Of a stretch of DNA of 54,968 nucleotides, positions 1 to 8,686 are shown one piece after another. The DNA lies in assembly GCA_045535005.1 (NCBI GenBank), contig JAZSKU010000047.1, positions 1-54,968 on the forward strand, written 5' to 3'. The translations under genes were made by a program, and so were the position numbers. The stretch's first letter is position 1; each line of letters starts with the position of its first letter. The notes below the pieces were generated by a model. The model saw nothing but the letters and a program-made list of their open reading frames with translations. It was not told the DNA's origin and did no database searches. The stretch is from Bacilli bacterium (GTDB taxonomy: Bacteria > Bacillota_I > Bacilli_A > RF39 > UBA660).

Positions 1-4
1 TGCA

Positions 5-1615
5 TTGAAATTATTTAATATGTCTATATTTAGTTATGTAGCTATATTTACTGCATATACTTATATATATACTCATGAAAATCATTCTATGTATAAAACA
101 ATACAAGTAGGTTATTCAATATATTATTTTGTATGTTTGATATGTATGCTTGCACTACCAATAAAATTAAATGATGTTGCGTATATGCAATATTCTTATG
201 GTGTAAATAATAATTTCTTGTTTGCTAATATTTTTATTCTCGTAGCTTTGAATTTGGTTTTTCTTATTAAAAATTTTAATAAGTTATCTATTAAAAAGAA
301 AGTACCTATTATATTATTAATATCTTTACTTAGTATTAATGCTATTACTCAAGCATTTGTGCCTCATATTTTGCTTGCTAATTCAATTTTAAGTATAGTT
401 ACATTTATAATGTATTTTACAATTGAAAATCCAGATTTAAAAATGATTACTGCTTTAAATGAAGCAAAAGAAGCTGCTGATAAAGCTAATAATGCTAAGA
501 GTGATTTTTTAAGTAGTATGTCTCATGAAATACGTACTCCATTAAATGCTATAGTTGGGTTTAGTCATGGACTTTTAGAAAGTGATTTAAATGATAGTGC
601 TAAAGAAGACGTTAAAAATATTATTATGGCTAGTGATAGTTTACTTGAACTTGTTAATGGTATTTTAGATATATCTAAAATTGAAGCTAATAAGCTTGAA
701 ATTATAGATACTACATATAGTTTTTCTAAAATGTTTGATGAACTTGTTTTACTTACTAAAGCTAGAATGGGTGAGAAGCCATTAGATTTTAGATATAGTT
801 ATGATGAGAGTATTCCTAAATATTTATATGGTGATGGTTCTCGTGTTAAACAAGTTATATTAAATTTACTTACTAACTCTGTTAAATATACTAAAGAAGG
901 GTATGTTGATTTTAAAATAAACTCTGTAATTAAAGATGATGTCATTAGACTTATTATTTCTGTCGAAGACTCTGGTATTGGTATTAAGAAAGAGAGTATT
1001 GATAAATTATTTACTAAGTTTGAAAGACTTGGTGTTGAAAAGAATACTACTACTGAAGGAACTGGTCTTGGACTTGCGATTACTAAAAAGTTAGTTGAAA
1101 TGATGGGGGGTAATGTAGTAGTACATAGTGTCTTTGGAAAAGGAAGTAAGTTTACTGTATCTATTGATCAGAGATTTGCTAGTGAAGCAGAAATTAAGAG
1201 ATTAGAAGTTGAAAGTAAACCGGTTACTAATGAAGAAAAAATTGATGCTTCTGATAAAAAGGTACTTGTAGTTGATGATAATAAGCTTAATTTAAAGGTT
1301 GCTGAGAGACTTTTAAAACCATTTAATATAAATGTAGAAACAATTGATAATGGAACTGATTGTATTAATAAAATTACTTCTGGTAACCATTATGATTTAA
1401 TACTTCTTGATGATATGATGCCTAAGATGAGTGGTACTGAAACTATGAAGAAATTAAGAGAAATTAATGGATTTAATATACCAGTTGTTGTTCTTACTGC
1501 GAATGCTATTGCTGGTATGAAAGAAAAATATATTAGTGAAGGTTTTGATGATTATTTAAGTAAGCCAATTGAAAAGACTGAACTTAACAGAGTTATTAAA
1601 AAATATTTGAACTAA
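5..1615 (+). CDS. Hybrid sensor histidine kinase (multi-pass membrane N-terminus, HisKA, HATPase_c, C-terminal receiver). The frame is open to the window edge, so the 5' end may be truncated.
   Basis: H-box SHEIRTPLNAI. ATPase boxes LLTNSVKYT, DSGIGI, GTGLGLAI. Receiver VLVVDDNKLN...LLDDMMPKMSG...LSKPI. Hydrophobic helices fill the first ~140 aa. Confidence 0.85.
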   Translation: MKLFNMSIFSYVAIFTAYTYIYTHENHSMYKTIQVGYSIYYFVCLICMLALPIKLNDVAYMQYSYGVNNNFLFANIFILVALNLVFLIKNFNKLSIKKKVPIILLISLLSINAITQAFVPHILLANSILSIVTFIMYFTIENPDLKMITALNEAKEAADKANNAKSDFLSSMSHEIRTPLNAIVGFSHGLLESDLNDSAKEDVKNIIMASDSLLELVNGILDISKIEANKLEIIDTTYSFSKMFDELVLLTKARMGEKPLDFRYSYDESIPKYLYGDGSRVKQVILNLLTNSVKYTKEGYVDFKINSVIKDDVIRLIISVEDSGIGIKKESIDKLFTKFERLGVEKNTTTEGTGLGLAITKKLVEMMGGNVVVHSVFGKGSKFTVSIDQRFASEAEIKRLEVESKPVTNEEKIDASDKKVLVVDDNKLNLKVAERLLKPFNINVETIDNGTDCINKITSGNHYDLILLDDMMPKMSGTETMKKLREINGFNIPVVVLTANAIAGMKEKYISEGFDDYLSKPIEKTELNRVIKKYLN

Positions 1616-1656
1616 TAAGTATTTATGTTATAATTGATGTAAGGTAGAGTGATGAA

Positions 1657-2436
1657 ATGAAAGATGTTAATTTATTAATTAGTAATGGAGTTAATGTAGA
1701 AAAAAGTTTAGAATTATTTGGTGACATGGAGATGTATGATGCAACTTTAGGTGACTTTTTAGAAGCAGTTGATGAAAGACTTGCTAAATTAAAGAATTTT
1801 AGAGAAACTGGTGATATGCCAAATTATGCTATAGAAGTTCATGCTTTAAAGAGTGATGCTAGATATTTAGGTTTTGTTGCTCTTGCTGATTTAGCTTATC
1901 AATTTGAGTTAAAAAGTAAAGCAAATGATTTAATGTATGTATATGATAATTATAGAACTTTAAGAGAAGAAGCAATTAGAGTAACTAATTTAGCTAAAAA
2001 ATATTTAGGTATGGAAGTTAAAGAAAATGTTATAAATGATATGGCATTTAGTACTAAAAATGAAGCTATTTTAGTAGTTGATGACTCTAATTTAGTGGCT
2101 AACTTCATTAAAAAGATATTTGATGATAGATATGAAGTATTTATCGCTAATGATGGGGAAAAAGCCATACATATATTAACTGGTGAAAATAAAGATAAAA
2201 TTAAGTGTTGTTTACTTGATCTTAATATGCCAAATGTAAATGGATTTGAAGTACTTGAATACTTTAAGAAAAATAATTTATTTGTAAAGATTCCAGTATC
2301 TATTATTACTGGTAATGATACTAGAGATCAAGTTGAAAACGCATTTAATTATCCAATCATTGATTTACTTAGTAAACCTTTTAATGAAAGGGATATTAAG
2401 AGAATAATTGAGAAGACAATTAGCTTTAATAATTAG
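1657..2436 (+). CDS. Hpt domain plus receiver (REC) phosphorelay protein with no output domain
   Basis: N-terminal helical region with EVHALKSDARYLG (HxxKG-like phosphoacceptor His). C-terminal receiver ILVVDDSN...LLDLNMPNVNG...LSKPF. Starts 41 nt after the kinase stop. Confidence 0.7.
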   Translation: MKDVNLLISNGVNVEKSLELFGDMEMYDATLGDFLEAVDERLAKLKNFRETGDMPNYAIEVHALKSDARYLGFVALADLAYQFELKSKANDLMYVYDNYRTLREEAIRVTNLAKKYLGMEVKENVINDMAFSTKNEAILVVDDSNLVANFIKKIFDDRYEVFIANDGEKAIHILTGENKDKIKCCLLDLNMPNVNGFEVLEYFKKNNLFVKIPVSIITGNDTRDQVENAFNYPIIDLLSKPFNERDIKRIIEKTISFNN

Positions 2437-2441
2437 TATTT

Positions 2442-2468
2442 AAAAGCGAGTTTATACTCGCTTTTTTT
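2442..2468 (+). terminator. Rho-independent terminator after the two-component genes
   Basis: GCGAG/CTCGC stem (AAAAGCGAGTTTATACTCGC) followed by a 7-T run. Confidence 0.7.
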
Positions 2469-2506
2469 AATTGACACAAAATTTACATTTTATTTTCAAA
2501 TGGGTA

Positions 2507-2535
2507 TTTACAAAATGGTAAAAAAATAGTAATAT
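2507..2535 (+). promoter_or_regulatory. Sigma-A-type promoter of the mraZ (dcw) operon
   Basis: TTTACA, 17 nt, TAATAT. Confidence 0.55.
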
Positions 2536-2544
2536 AGTGGTAGG

Positions 2545-2569
2545 AAGTGAAACAAAGTGGTGGAAAGTG
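2545..2569 (+). promoter_or_regulatory. Putative MraZ operator: three AAGTG direct repeats with exact 10-nt spacing
   Basis: AAGTG at 2545, 2555 and 2565 (gAAGTGaaac aAAGTGgtgg aAAGTGgggt), between the -10 and the mraZ start. Confidence 0.6.
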
Positions 2570-2582
2570 GGGTGTTCCGATC

Positions 2583-3023
2583 ATGCTAATGGGTGAATTT
2601 CATCATAATATTGATGATAAAGGTAGACTTATCATTCCATCTAAATTCAGAAATGAGTTAGGTGAAAGATATGTTATCACTAAAGGGTTTGATAAATGCT
2701 TATTTGTTTATTCAGAGATTGAATGGAATAAAATAATGCAAAAGGTAAGCACACTACAATTTACTAAGAAAAATGTAAGAGCTTTTGAAAGATCTTTCAT
2801 TGGTGGAGCTTCTTTAAATGAATTCGATAAACAAGGTCGAATTAATATTACCTCACCGTTAGTTCATTACGCCAATATCCAAAAAGAATGTGTGATTATT
2901 GGCGTGAATGAACGACTAGAAATTTGGTCAAAAGATGAATTTGAAAAATATATGCTTGAGAATGAAGAATCTCTAGAAGAAATAGCTGAAAACTTATTTG
3001 ATGTAGGTGTATATGAAGCATAA
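2583..3023 (+). CDS. mraZ: Transcriptional regulator MraZ
   Basis: MLMGEFHHNIDDKGRLIIPSKFR matches the typical MraZ N-terminus, and a second DxxGR motif (FDKQGRINI) is present. I moved the start from the GTG at 2547 in the ORF track to the ATG at 2583. Confidence 0.9.
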   Translation: MLMGEFHHNIDDKGRLIIPSKFRNELGERYVITKGFDKCLFVYSEIEWNKIMQKVSTLQFTKKNVRAFERSFIGGASLNEFDKQGRINITSPLVHYANIQKECVIIGVNERLEIWSKDEFEKYMLENEESLEEIAENLFDVGVYEA

Positions 3024-3915
3024 AAGTGTTCTTTTAGAAGAGGTAATAAAATATTTAAATGTTAAACAAGATGGTAAATATATTGATGCTACTGTAGGTT
3101 ATGCAGGGCATAGTGGCGAAGTATTAAAGAAATTGAATAAAAAGGGGTTTCTATTCGCCTTTGATCAAGATGATGAAGCAATTAAGTTTTCAAACGAAAA
3201 GTTATCATCAATCTCTGATAATTTTAAAATTATTAAGAGCAACTTTGTAGATATGAAAAAACATATAGATACAACAGTAGATGGTATTATGTTTGACTTA
3301 GGAGTAAGTAGTCCTCAGTTAGATGAAGATGAAAGAGGATTTAGTTTTCATAAAGATGCTAGATTAGATATGAGGATGAATAAAGATAATTCATTAGATG
3401 CTTATAAAGTAGTAAATGAATATTCTTATGAAAAATTAGTTGATATATTTTATAAATTTGGAGAAGAGAAATATTCTAAATCAATTGCTAAAGCTATTGT
3501 AGAGAAAAGACCAATTGAAACTACATTAGAGTTAGCTGAGATTATTAAAGAATCTGTACCAATAAGTTATAGAAATAAATCACATCCAGCTAGAAAAGTA
3601 TTTCAAGCAATTAGAATTGAAGTTAATCATGAACTTGATATACTAGAAAGTTCTATAAGAGATGCATTTGATTTATTAAATATAGGAGGTAGACTTTCAA
3701 TAATAACATTTCACTCTTTAGAAGATAAAATAGTTTCTAAAGTATTTAAAGATTTATGTAGTGATGATGTTACTGCTAGAAAGTTACCAATTGTTCCAGA
3801 ACATCTTAAAGCAAGAGCCAAAAAGATTGTTAAGATGGTTCCAACAGAAGAAGAAATAGAAGAAAATAATAGAAGTAGAAGTTCAAAGTTAAGAGTAATA
3901 GAAAGGATAAGATAG
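3013..3915 (+). CDS. rsmH: 16S rRNA (cytosine1402-N4)-methyltransferase RsmH
   Basis: HKSVLLEEV N-terminus, DATVGYAGHS SAM-binding motif, DLGVSSPQLD, FHSLEDK. Conserved position after mraZ. Start set to the ATG at 3013. Confidence 0.9.
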   Translation: MKHKSVLLEEVIKYLNVKQDGKYIDATVGYAGHSGEVLKKLNKKGFLFAFDQDDEAIKFSNEKLSSISDNFKIIKSNFVDMKKHIDTTVDGIMFDLGVSSPQLDEDERGFSFHKDARLDMRMNKDNSLDAYKVVNEYSYEKLVDIFYKFGEEKYSKSIAKAIVEKRPIETTLELAEIIKESVPISYRNKSHPARKVFQAIRIEVNHELDILESSIRDAFDLLNIGGRLSIITFHSLEDKIVSKVFKDLCSDDVTARKLPIVPEHLKARAKKIVKMVPTEEEIEENNRSRSSKLRVIERIR

Positions 3916-3917
3916 AT

Positions 3918-4205
3918 ATGAAAAAGAAGAGAATAGTAAAAGTAAGGGGAGAAGGGTTATTATTTAGTTTATCAGTAATGTCTCTAGTCGCTGCTTTTGT
4001 GCTTAGTTTCTTCTTTAGTACATCTTTTCAATCTAATAATGCTGAACTTCAAAGATTAAAATCTAAAATTGAATCTCAAGAAAAAATAAATATGGGAATG
4101 CAAATGAAAATCAATGAACTAGCTTCACTTGATAATGCATTAGAAGTTGCAGATGCCTTCGATTTGGAGTATAATAATAATAATATTAGAGTAGTTACAG
4201 AATAG
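3918..4205 (+). CDS. ftsL: FtsL-like cell division protein (single TM helix plus coiled coil)
   Basis: 95 aa with an N-terminal TM helix followed by a heptad-like region. Sits in the conserved position between rsmH and the PBP gene. Confidence 0.65.
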   Translation: MKKKRIVKVRGEGLLFSLSVMSLVAAFVLSFFFSTSFQSNNAELQRLKSKIESQEKINMGMQMKINELASLDNALEVADAFDLEYNNNNIRVVTE

Positions 4206-4219
4206 AGGTGTCATTATTA

Positions 4220-6412
4220 ATGAAAAAAACAAGAATAGTTAAAATAAATTCTTTATTTATAATTATTGTTGTTTTTATTTTTTTGTGTCTAATTTTTAAA
4301 TTATGTTTTATTGGACTTGATGGAGTTAAAGTTACTAAAATTAATGATAAAGAAATAGATCCAATTAGTTTATCTGATTTTGCTAATAATAGAGATACAA
4401 GAAAAAGAACATTAACAGCACGTCGTGGAACTATTTATAGTGCAGGTGGAGAAGTACTTGCAAAAGACGTTAATAGTTATACTGTTATAGCATATTTAGA
4501 GCCTTCTAGAACAAAAGATGAGAATAATCCATATCATGTTGTAGATAAAGAGAAAACTGCTGAATTATTGTCTCCTTTGATTAATATGACGAAGGAAAAG
4601 ATACTCAGTCTTTTAAATACTAGAATTGAAACATGTAATGATGATGGAAGTGAGTGTATTCTTACGGTACCATATCAAGTTGAATTAGGTCCTGGTGGAC
4701 GTGGTATTACTGAACTTTTAAAGGATCAAATTGATGAACTTGGTCTTCCTGGAATAGATTTTATTTCAAGTACTAAGAGATATTATCCTAATGGAGATTT
4801 TTTAAGTTATACTCTTGGTTATGCTAAGATGAATGATGAACAAAATTATGTTGGTGAAATGGGGCTTGAACTTTATTATAATGAGGAATTAACTGGTACT
4901 AATGGTTATATTGAATATCAAGCTGATAGAGATGGGTATCAAATAACAAGTAATCCTTCTGTTGAGGTTGCTGCTACTCCTGGTAGTGATATTTATTTAA
5001 CTATTGATACTAATGTTCAAATGTTTACTGAACAAGCTCTTACTACTTTAGAAAAAGGTAAACCTGAATGGGCAACTGTTATTGTTGCTAATGCTAAGAC
5101 TGGTGAAATACTTGGTGTAGCATCAAGTCCTAGTTTTAATAATAATACTTTAGAAATTAAATCTTATTATGATCCTGCTGTTTCTTATGCATATGAACCT
5201 GGTAGTACTATGAAAATATTTAGTTTCTTAGCTGCTATGGAAAATGGTATATATGATGGAGATAAGAAATATAAAAGTGGTGTTTTAGAAGTTGATGATG
5301 CTAAGATTAAAGACTGGAATGGTAGAGGATGGGGAAAGATAACTTATGATGAAGGATTTATGGGTTCATCTAATGTTGCTGCTTCATTACTTGCTTTAGA
5401 TCTTGGTCGAGGTAAATTAAAAGATTTTTATGGTAATTTAGGTTTTGGTAAGGAAACAAATATACCTCTTCCTAATGAAGCAAATGGTGTTATTAATTTT
5501 AGATATAATACTGATTTAGCTGCTTCTAGTTATGGTCAAGGTATAACTGTTAATGCAATGCAGATGGTACAAGCTTTAACTGCTGTTGCTAATGATGGTG
5601 TTTTATTAGAGCCATTCTTAGTATCTAAAATAGTTAATAGTGATACTGGAGAAGTTGTTTTAGAAAACTCTAGAACTGAGATTCGCAGAGTTGCAAGCGA
5701 AGAAAATGTTAAAAAGATAATAAGTCTTATGAGAGGCGTAGTAGATGGAAGCAGTGATATTTCTACTGGTACTAGTTATTATATAAAAGGATATGATTTA
5801 ATTGGTAAAACTGGTACTGCTGAAATTGCTTCATCAAGTGGTGGATATTTAACTGGTTCTCGTAATTATGTTAGAAGTTTTGCTGGAATATTCCCTGGTA
5901 AAGATCCTGAAATAATAGTATATGCTGCTACTAGTAAAAGTAGTTCTTCTAACTATTTAAAAACTGCTATTAAAGCACTTGTTAAAGATGTTGGAACATA
6001 CTTAAATATTTATGGAACTAAAACTGATAAAGAAACAGGTCTTTATCCAGTAGATAGTTATATTAATAAAGATGCTTTTGCTGTAAGTGAAAACCTTAAT
6101 AATGCTGGTATGGAAGCTATTGTTATAGGTGAAGGAGATAGAATAATTAATCAGTATCCTAAAAATAATGTTTCATTAAATATTGGTAATAAAATATTCT
6201 TGTTAACTAATTCTAATGAATACAAGATGCTTGATATAAAAGGATGGAGTAGAAGTAGTATAAAGAATTATTGTTCTTTAGTTGGGATAGAGTGCTCATT
6301 TACTGGATATGGATATGCTACTGAATTTAATATACCAGTAGACTCTGTTATAGATAAAAATAAGATACTCGAAGTAAAATTAGTTGATAAATATAAAAAA
6401 GAGGATAGTTAA
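4220..6412 (+). CDS. Class B penicillin-binding protein (PBP2B/SpoVD/FtsI type) with two C-terminal PASTA-like domains
   Basis: Transpeptidase motifs STMK, SSN, KTGTA. TM anchor at the N-terminus. Lies in the dcw cluster. The ATG at 4220 sits 11 nt from AGAGG. Confidence 0.9.
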   Translation: MKKTRIVKINSLFIIIVVFIFLCLIFKLCFIGLDGVKVTKINDKEIDPISLSDFANNRDTRKRTLTARRGTIYSAGGEVLAKDVNSYTVIAYLEPSRTKDENNPYHVVDKEKTAELLSPLINMTKEKILSLLNTRIETCNDDGSECILTVPYQVELGPGGRGITELLKDQIDELGLPGIDFISSTKRYYPNGDFLSYTLGYAKMNDEQNYVGEMGLELYYNEELTGTNGYIEYQADRDGYQITSNPSVEVAATPGSDIYLTIDTNVQMFTEQALTTLEKGKPEWATVIVANAKTGEILGVASSPSFNNNTLEIKSYYDPAVSYAYEPGSTMKIFSFLAAMENGIYDGDKKYKSGVLEVDDAKIKDWNGRGWGKITYDEGFMGSSNVAASLLALDLGRGKLKDFYGNLGFGKETNIPLPNEANGVINFRYNTDLAASSYGQGITVNAMQMVQALTAVANDGVLLEPFLVSKIVNSDTGEVVLENSRTEIRRVASEENVKKIISLMRGVVDGSSDISTGTSYYIKGYDLIGKTGTAEIASSSGGYLTGSRNYVRSFAGIFPGKDPEIIVYAATSKSSSSNYLKTAIKALVKDVGTYLNIYGTKTDKETGLYPVDSYINKDAFAVSENLNNAGMEAIVIGEGDRIINQYPKNNVSLNIGNKIFLLTNSNEYKMLDIKGWSRSSIKNYCSLVGIECSFTGYGYATEFNIPVDSVIDKNKILEVKLVDKYKKEDS

Positions 6413-6423
6413 TCCTCTTTTAT
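6395..6423. terminator. Bidirectional terminator shared by the convergent PBP and tmcAL genes
   Basis: AAGAGGAT/ATCCTCTT stem flanked by A- and T-runs. Both stop codons lie inside it. Confidence 0.65.
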
Positions 6424-7542
6424 TATTGGTTTATTTTGTATTTCTTCTTTATTTATATCATCATATATTAAAGAATATACTTCTGTAACTCTTTTTTCTA
6501 TTTCTAGAGTTTTATATTTTTTAGTGTCATATTTATTTAATATATTTATATTTTCTTTTATTTTATTTAAGTGTTCTTTTCCTTTAGATGAAAAACCTAG
6601 TATTCTTATATATTCTATATCTTTAATACTTTGATTTTCTTCTTTAGTAAATGAACATAATATATGATTTAACATTCTTGATATTTTATTATAAGTATAT
6701 CTTTTTGTTTTTATATTTTGAATTAGTTCTTCTAATGAGTTAGATTCTCTTATAGCATTTTTAATTCTTGTGTTTAATCCTTCGTCTACATCTACATATT
6801 TTTCTAAGTTATCTTCTGTTATTATTTTATATTTTAAGTATTCAAAATATTTATTATTGAAATTTTTGTTTTTTAGTATTTCATAGACTTCTTTTGGAAC
6901 GTTGTTTTCTATTGTTTTGTTTTCAAATAGTTTATTTCTTATGTTAGATGCTGAGATGATATTTTCATCGCTTGATATATCATGGTAATCGTTTGTTCTT
7001 TTTATATAATCTATTTCTATATTATAATTATTTTTATATATTTCTTTTAAATAGCTTACTGCGAGTAAATCATTTGGTGTATTTATTTCTATATTTATTA
7101 AGTCTTTTAAAGCATTATTTAAAGCTGTAGGGTAGTTAATGCCATTATCTATGTGGTATTTTACTAATGAATCAAATTCTTTGTTATTTATTTGTGTTTT
7201 AGCACTTAGTTTTATATGATCAATGTTATCGCTTTCTGTTCCGAATATTAATGTATCTATATTTAATTTATTTAGTAATTTAATTGCATTTGATCCGAAT
7301 ATATCACTACTTTGAGTACTATAAATATATGGTAGTTCTATTACTATATCTACATTATTATTTAATGCTACGCGTGTTTTATCCCATTTATTTAATAGTG
7401 AATAGTATCCTCTTTGTGTAAATGAAGAAGAGGTTACTACTATAATAATAGAATCTTTATATTTCTTTTTAATTTCATTTATTTGATATAAATGTCCATT
7501 ATGAAATGGATTATATTCTACAACTATACCGATTACTTTCAT
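6409..7542 (-). CDS. tmcAL: tRNA(Met) cytidine acetate ligase (YlbM/TmcAL, UPF0348 nucleotidyltransferase)
   Basis: N-terminus GIVVEYNPFHNGHLYQI is the family signature (HxGH nucleotidyltransferase). 377 aa. Confidence 0.8.
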   Translation of the reverse strand: MKVIGIVVEYNPFHNGHLYQINEIKKKYKDSIIIVVTSSSFTQRGYYSLLNKWDKTRVALNNNVDIVIELPYIYSTQSSDIFGSNAIKLLNKLNIDTLIFGTESDNIDHIKLSAKTQINNKEFDSLVKYHIDNGINYPTALNNALKDLINIEINTPNDLLAVSYLKEIYKNNYNIEIDYIKRTNDYHDISSDENIISASNIRNKLFENKTIENNVPKEVYEILKNKNFNNKYFEYLKYKIITEDNLEKYVDVDEGLNTRIKNAIRESNSLEELIQNIKTKRYTYNKISRMLNHILCSFTKEENQSIKDIEYIRILGFSSKGKEHLNKIKENINILNKYDTKKYKTLEIEKRVTEVYSLIYDDINKEEIQNKPIIKED

Positions 7543-7544
7543 AA

Positions 7545-8237
7545 TTATTTCCTTTCTATAGTTCTTACTAATCTTTTAACTGATGTAGTAGTCATAAATC
7601 CTTTATTTAATAATATTGGATTTGATAATAGCATTTTATAACCATTATATTCAGTTAACATACCTATATCGTTAAATTCATCTCCTACAGTATATATTTT
7701 AGCTTTTTCTATTTTGTGTCTTTTAGATATTATTTCTATAGCATCTTTTTTATCTATTTTTTCTTTAAGAATTGTTATTGTTAAGAAAGATAGGCTATGT
7801 AAGAATGCTAATTCTTGTTTTATATATTTTAAATCTAATATATTTCTTATTCTTATTGTACATATTATTTCTGTAGTATCTTCATATCTTGTTGTGTCTT
7901 CTCCATACATATTTTTTAGTTCTATACTTTTAATGAATCCTAGAGAATCTAAATATTCTAAAGTACTTTTTAATATTCCTAATTTAATAGGGTTATAATA
8001 TATTAAATTATCTTCTTTATCAAATATTGAACTTCCATTACTACATATTAAGTAATCGTATGGAATATGATATTTATCTGTTTGTCTTTTTATCGAGATG
8101 TAACTTCTTCCTGTTGCGATAGAAAACATGTTTCCTGCGTCTTTAAATCTTCTTATAGCATCTACATTTTTTTCTATACTTCTAGCTTTATTATCAGGAT
8201 TAAATGTTCCATCGTAGTCACTTACTAGTAGTTTCAT
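7545..8237 (-). CDS. HAD-superfamily (Cof-type) phosphatase
   Basis: Motif I LLVSDYDGTF, motif IV GDEFNDIGML. Cap region between them. Confidence 0.75.
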   Translation of the reverse strand: MKLLVSDYDGTFNPDNKARSIEKNVDAIRRFKDAGNMFSIATGRSYISIKRQTDKYHIPYDYLICSNGSSIFDKEDNLIYYNPIKLGILKSTLEYLDSLGFIKSIELKNMYGEDTTRYEDTTEIICTIRIRNILDLKYIKQELAFLHSLSFLTITILKEKIDKKDAIEIISKRHKIEKAKIYTVGDEFNDIGMLTEYNGYKMLLSNPILLNKGFMTTTSVKRLVRTIERK

Positions 8238-8402
8238 AAAATTTTCCCTTCAAAGTAAAAATAATTATAACAAATTTATGCTATTTATTCAATTTTTATG
8301 ATAAAATGTTTAATAATGCTTGATATTTTTGCGTTTTTATGAGAAAATATCTTGGCAATGAGAAATAATAGATGTTATTCTTGATAAAAAGGAGGAATAA
8401 AA

Positions 8403-8618
8403 ATGAAATTAGATATTACTTTATTTGGTGCGTTACCTTTTAGAAGAATTAGTAAAACTGCTAAAAGATTAAGAAGAACTCATTTAAAGAAAGATGCTCC
8501 TACTGTTACAACTTGTAGTAATTGTGGTGCTGTACTTGCTCCTCATAGAGCTTGTACTAAATGTGGTTACTATAAAGGTAAAGAAGCAGTTAAAGTTAGT
8601 AAAGAAGAAACAAAGTAG
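8403..8618 (+). CDS. rpmF: 50S ribosomal protein L32 (zinc-ribbon form)
   Basis: PFRRISKTAKRLRRTH core and CSNCG...CTKCG zinc ribbon. Strong RBS AAAGGAGGAATAAAAATG. Carries ~8-10 extra N-terminal residues compared with typical L32. Confidence 0.85.
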   Translation: MKLDITLFGALPFRRISKTAKRLRRTHLKKDAPTVTTCSNCGAVLAPHRACTKCGYYKGKEAVKVSKEETK

Positions 8619-8642
8619 TCAATCGTTAGATTGGCTTTTTTG
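8617..8642 (+). terminator. Rho-independent terminator after rpmF
   Basis: AGTCAATC/GATTGGCT stem (one G-U pair) plus a T-run. Confidence 0.65.
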
Positions 8643-8686
8643 TTGCTTTTTATTTTTTATTTGTTACAATTAAATTGGTGATATAA

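Noticed and set aside
1950-2168. Antisense or out-of-frame ORFs of 60-124 aa lie inside well-supported genes: 1950-2168(-), 7714-7998(+), 12503-12715(-), 12929-13156(-), 13778-13978(-), 14380-14568(-), 15589-15819(-), 16861-17058(-), 20426-20614(+), 25412-25603(-), 28303-28491(-), 30539-30913(-), 30939-31130(-), 31447-31644(-), 35563-35778(-), 40677-40892(-).
   Set aside because: All are fully embedded in genes with clear conserved motifs on the other strand or frame. They lack an RBS and have low-complexity Ile/Phe/Leu/Ser/Asn-rich translations typical of shadow ORFs.
2547-2582. Longer N-terminal extensions in the ORF track: mraZ 2547, rsmH 3007, pbp 4208, ileS 15361, nrdD-like 20823, secreted protein 26773, yqeH 30390, miaA 33256, uvrC 36975, ORF 42838, paralog 47588, kinase-like 51074, 51961.
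   Set aside because: In each case an internal ATG has a correctly spaced purine-rich RBS and reproduces the conserved family N-terminus. Alternatively, the extension overlaps a promoter -10, an operator or a T-box terminator.
8403-8432. Extra ~8-10 N-terminal residues on ribosomal protein L32 (MKLDITLFGA before LPFRR)
   Set aside because: There is no in-frame alternative start closer to the conserved PFRR core, and the ATG has an ideal RBS. The extension is probably real but minor. I did not judge it informative enough for a finding.
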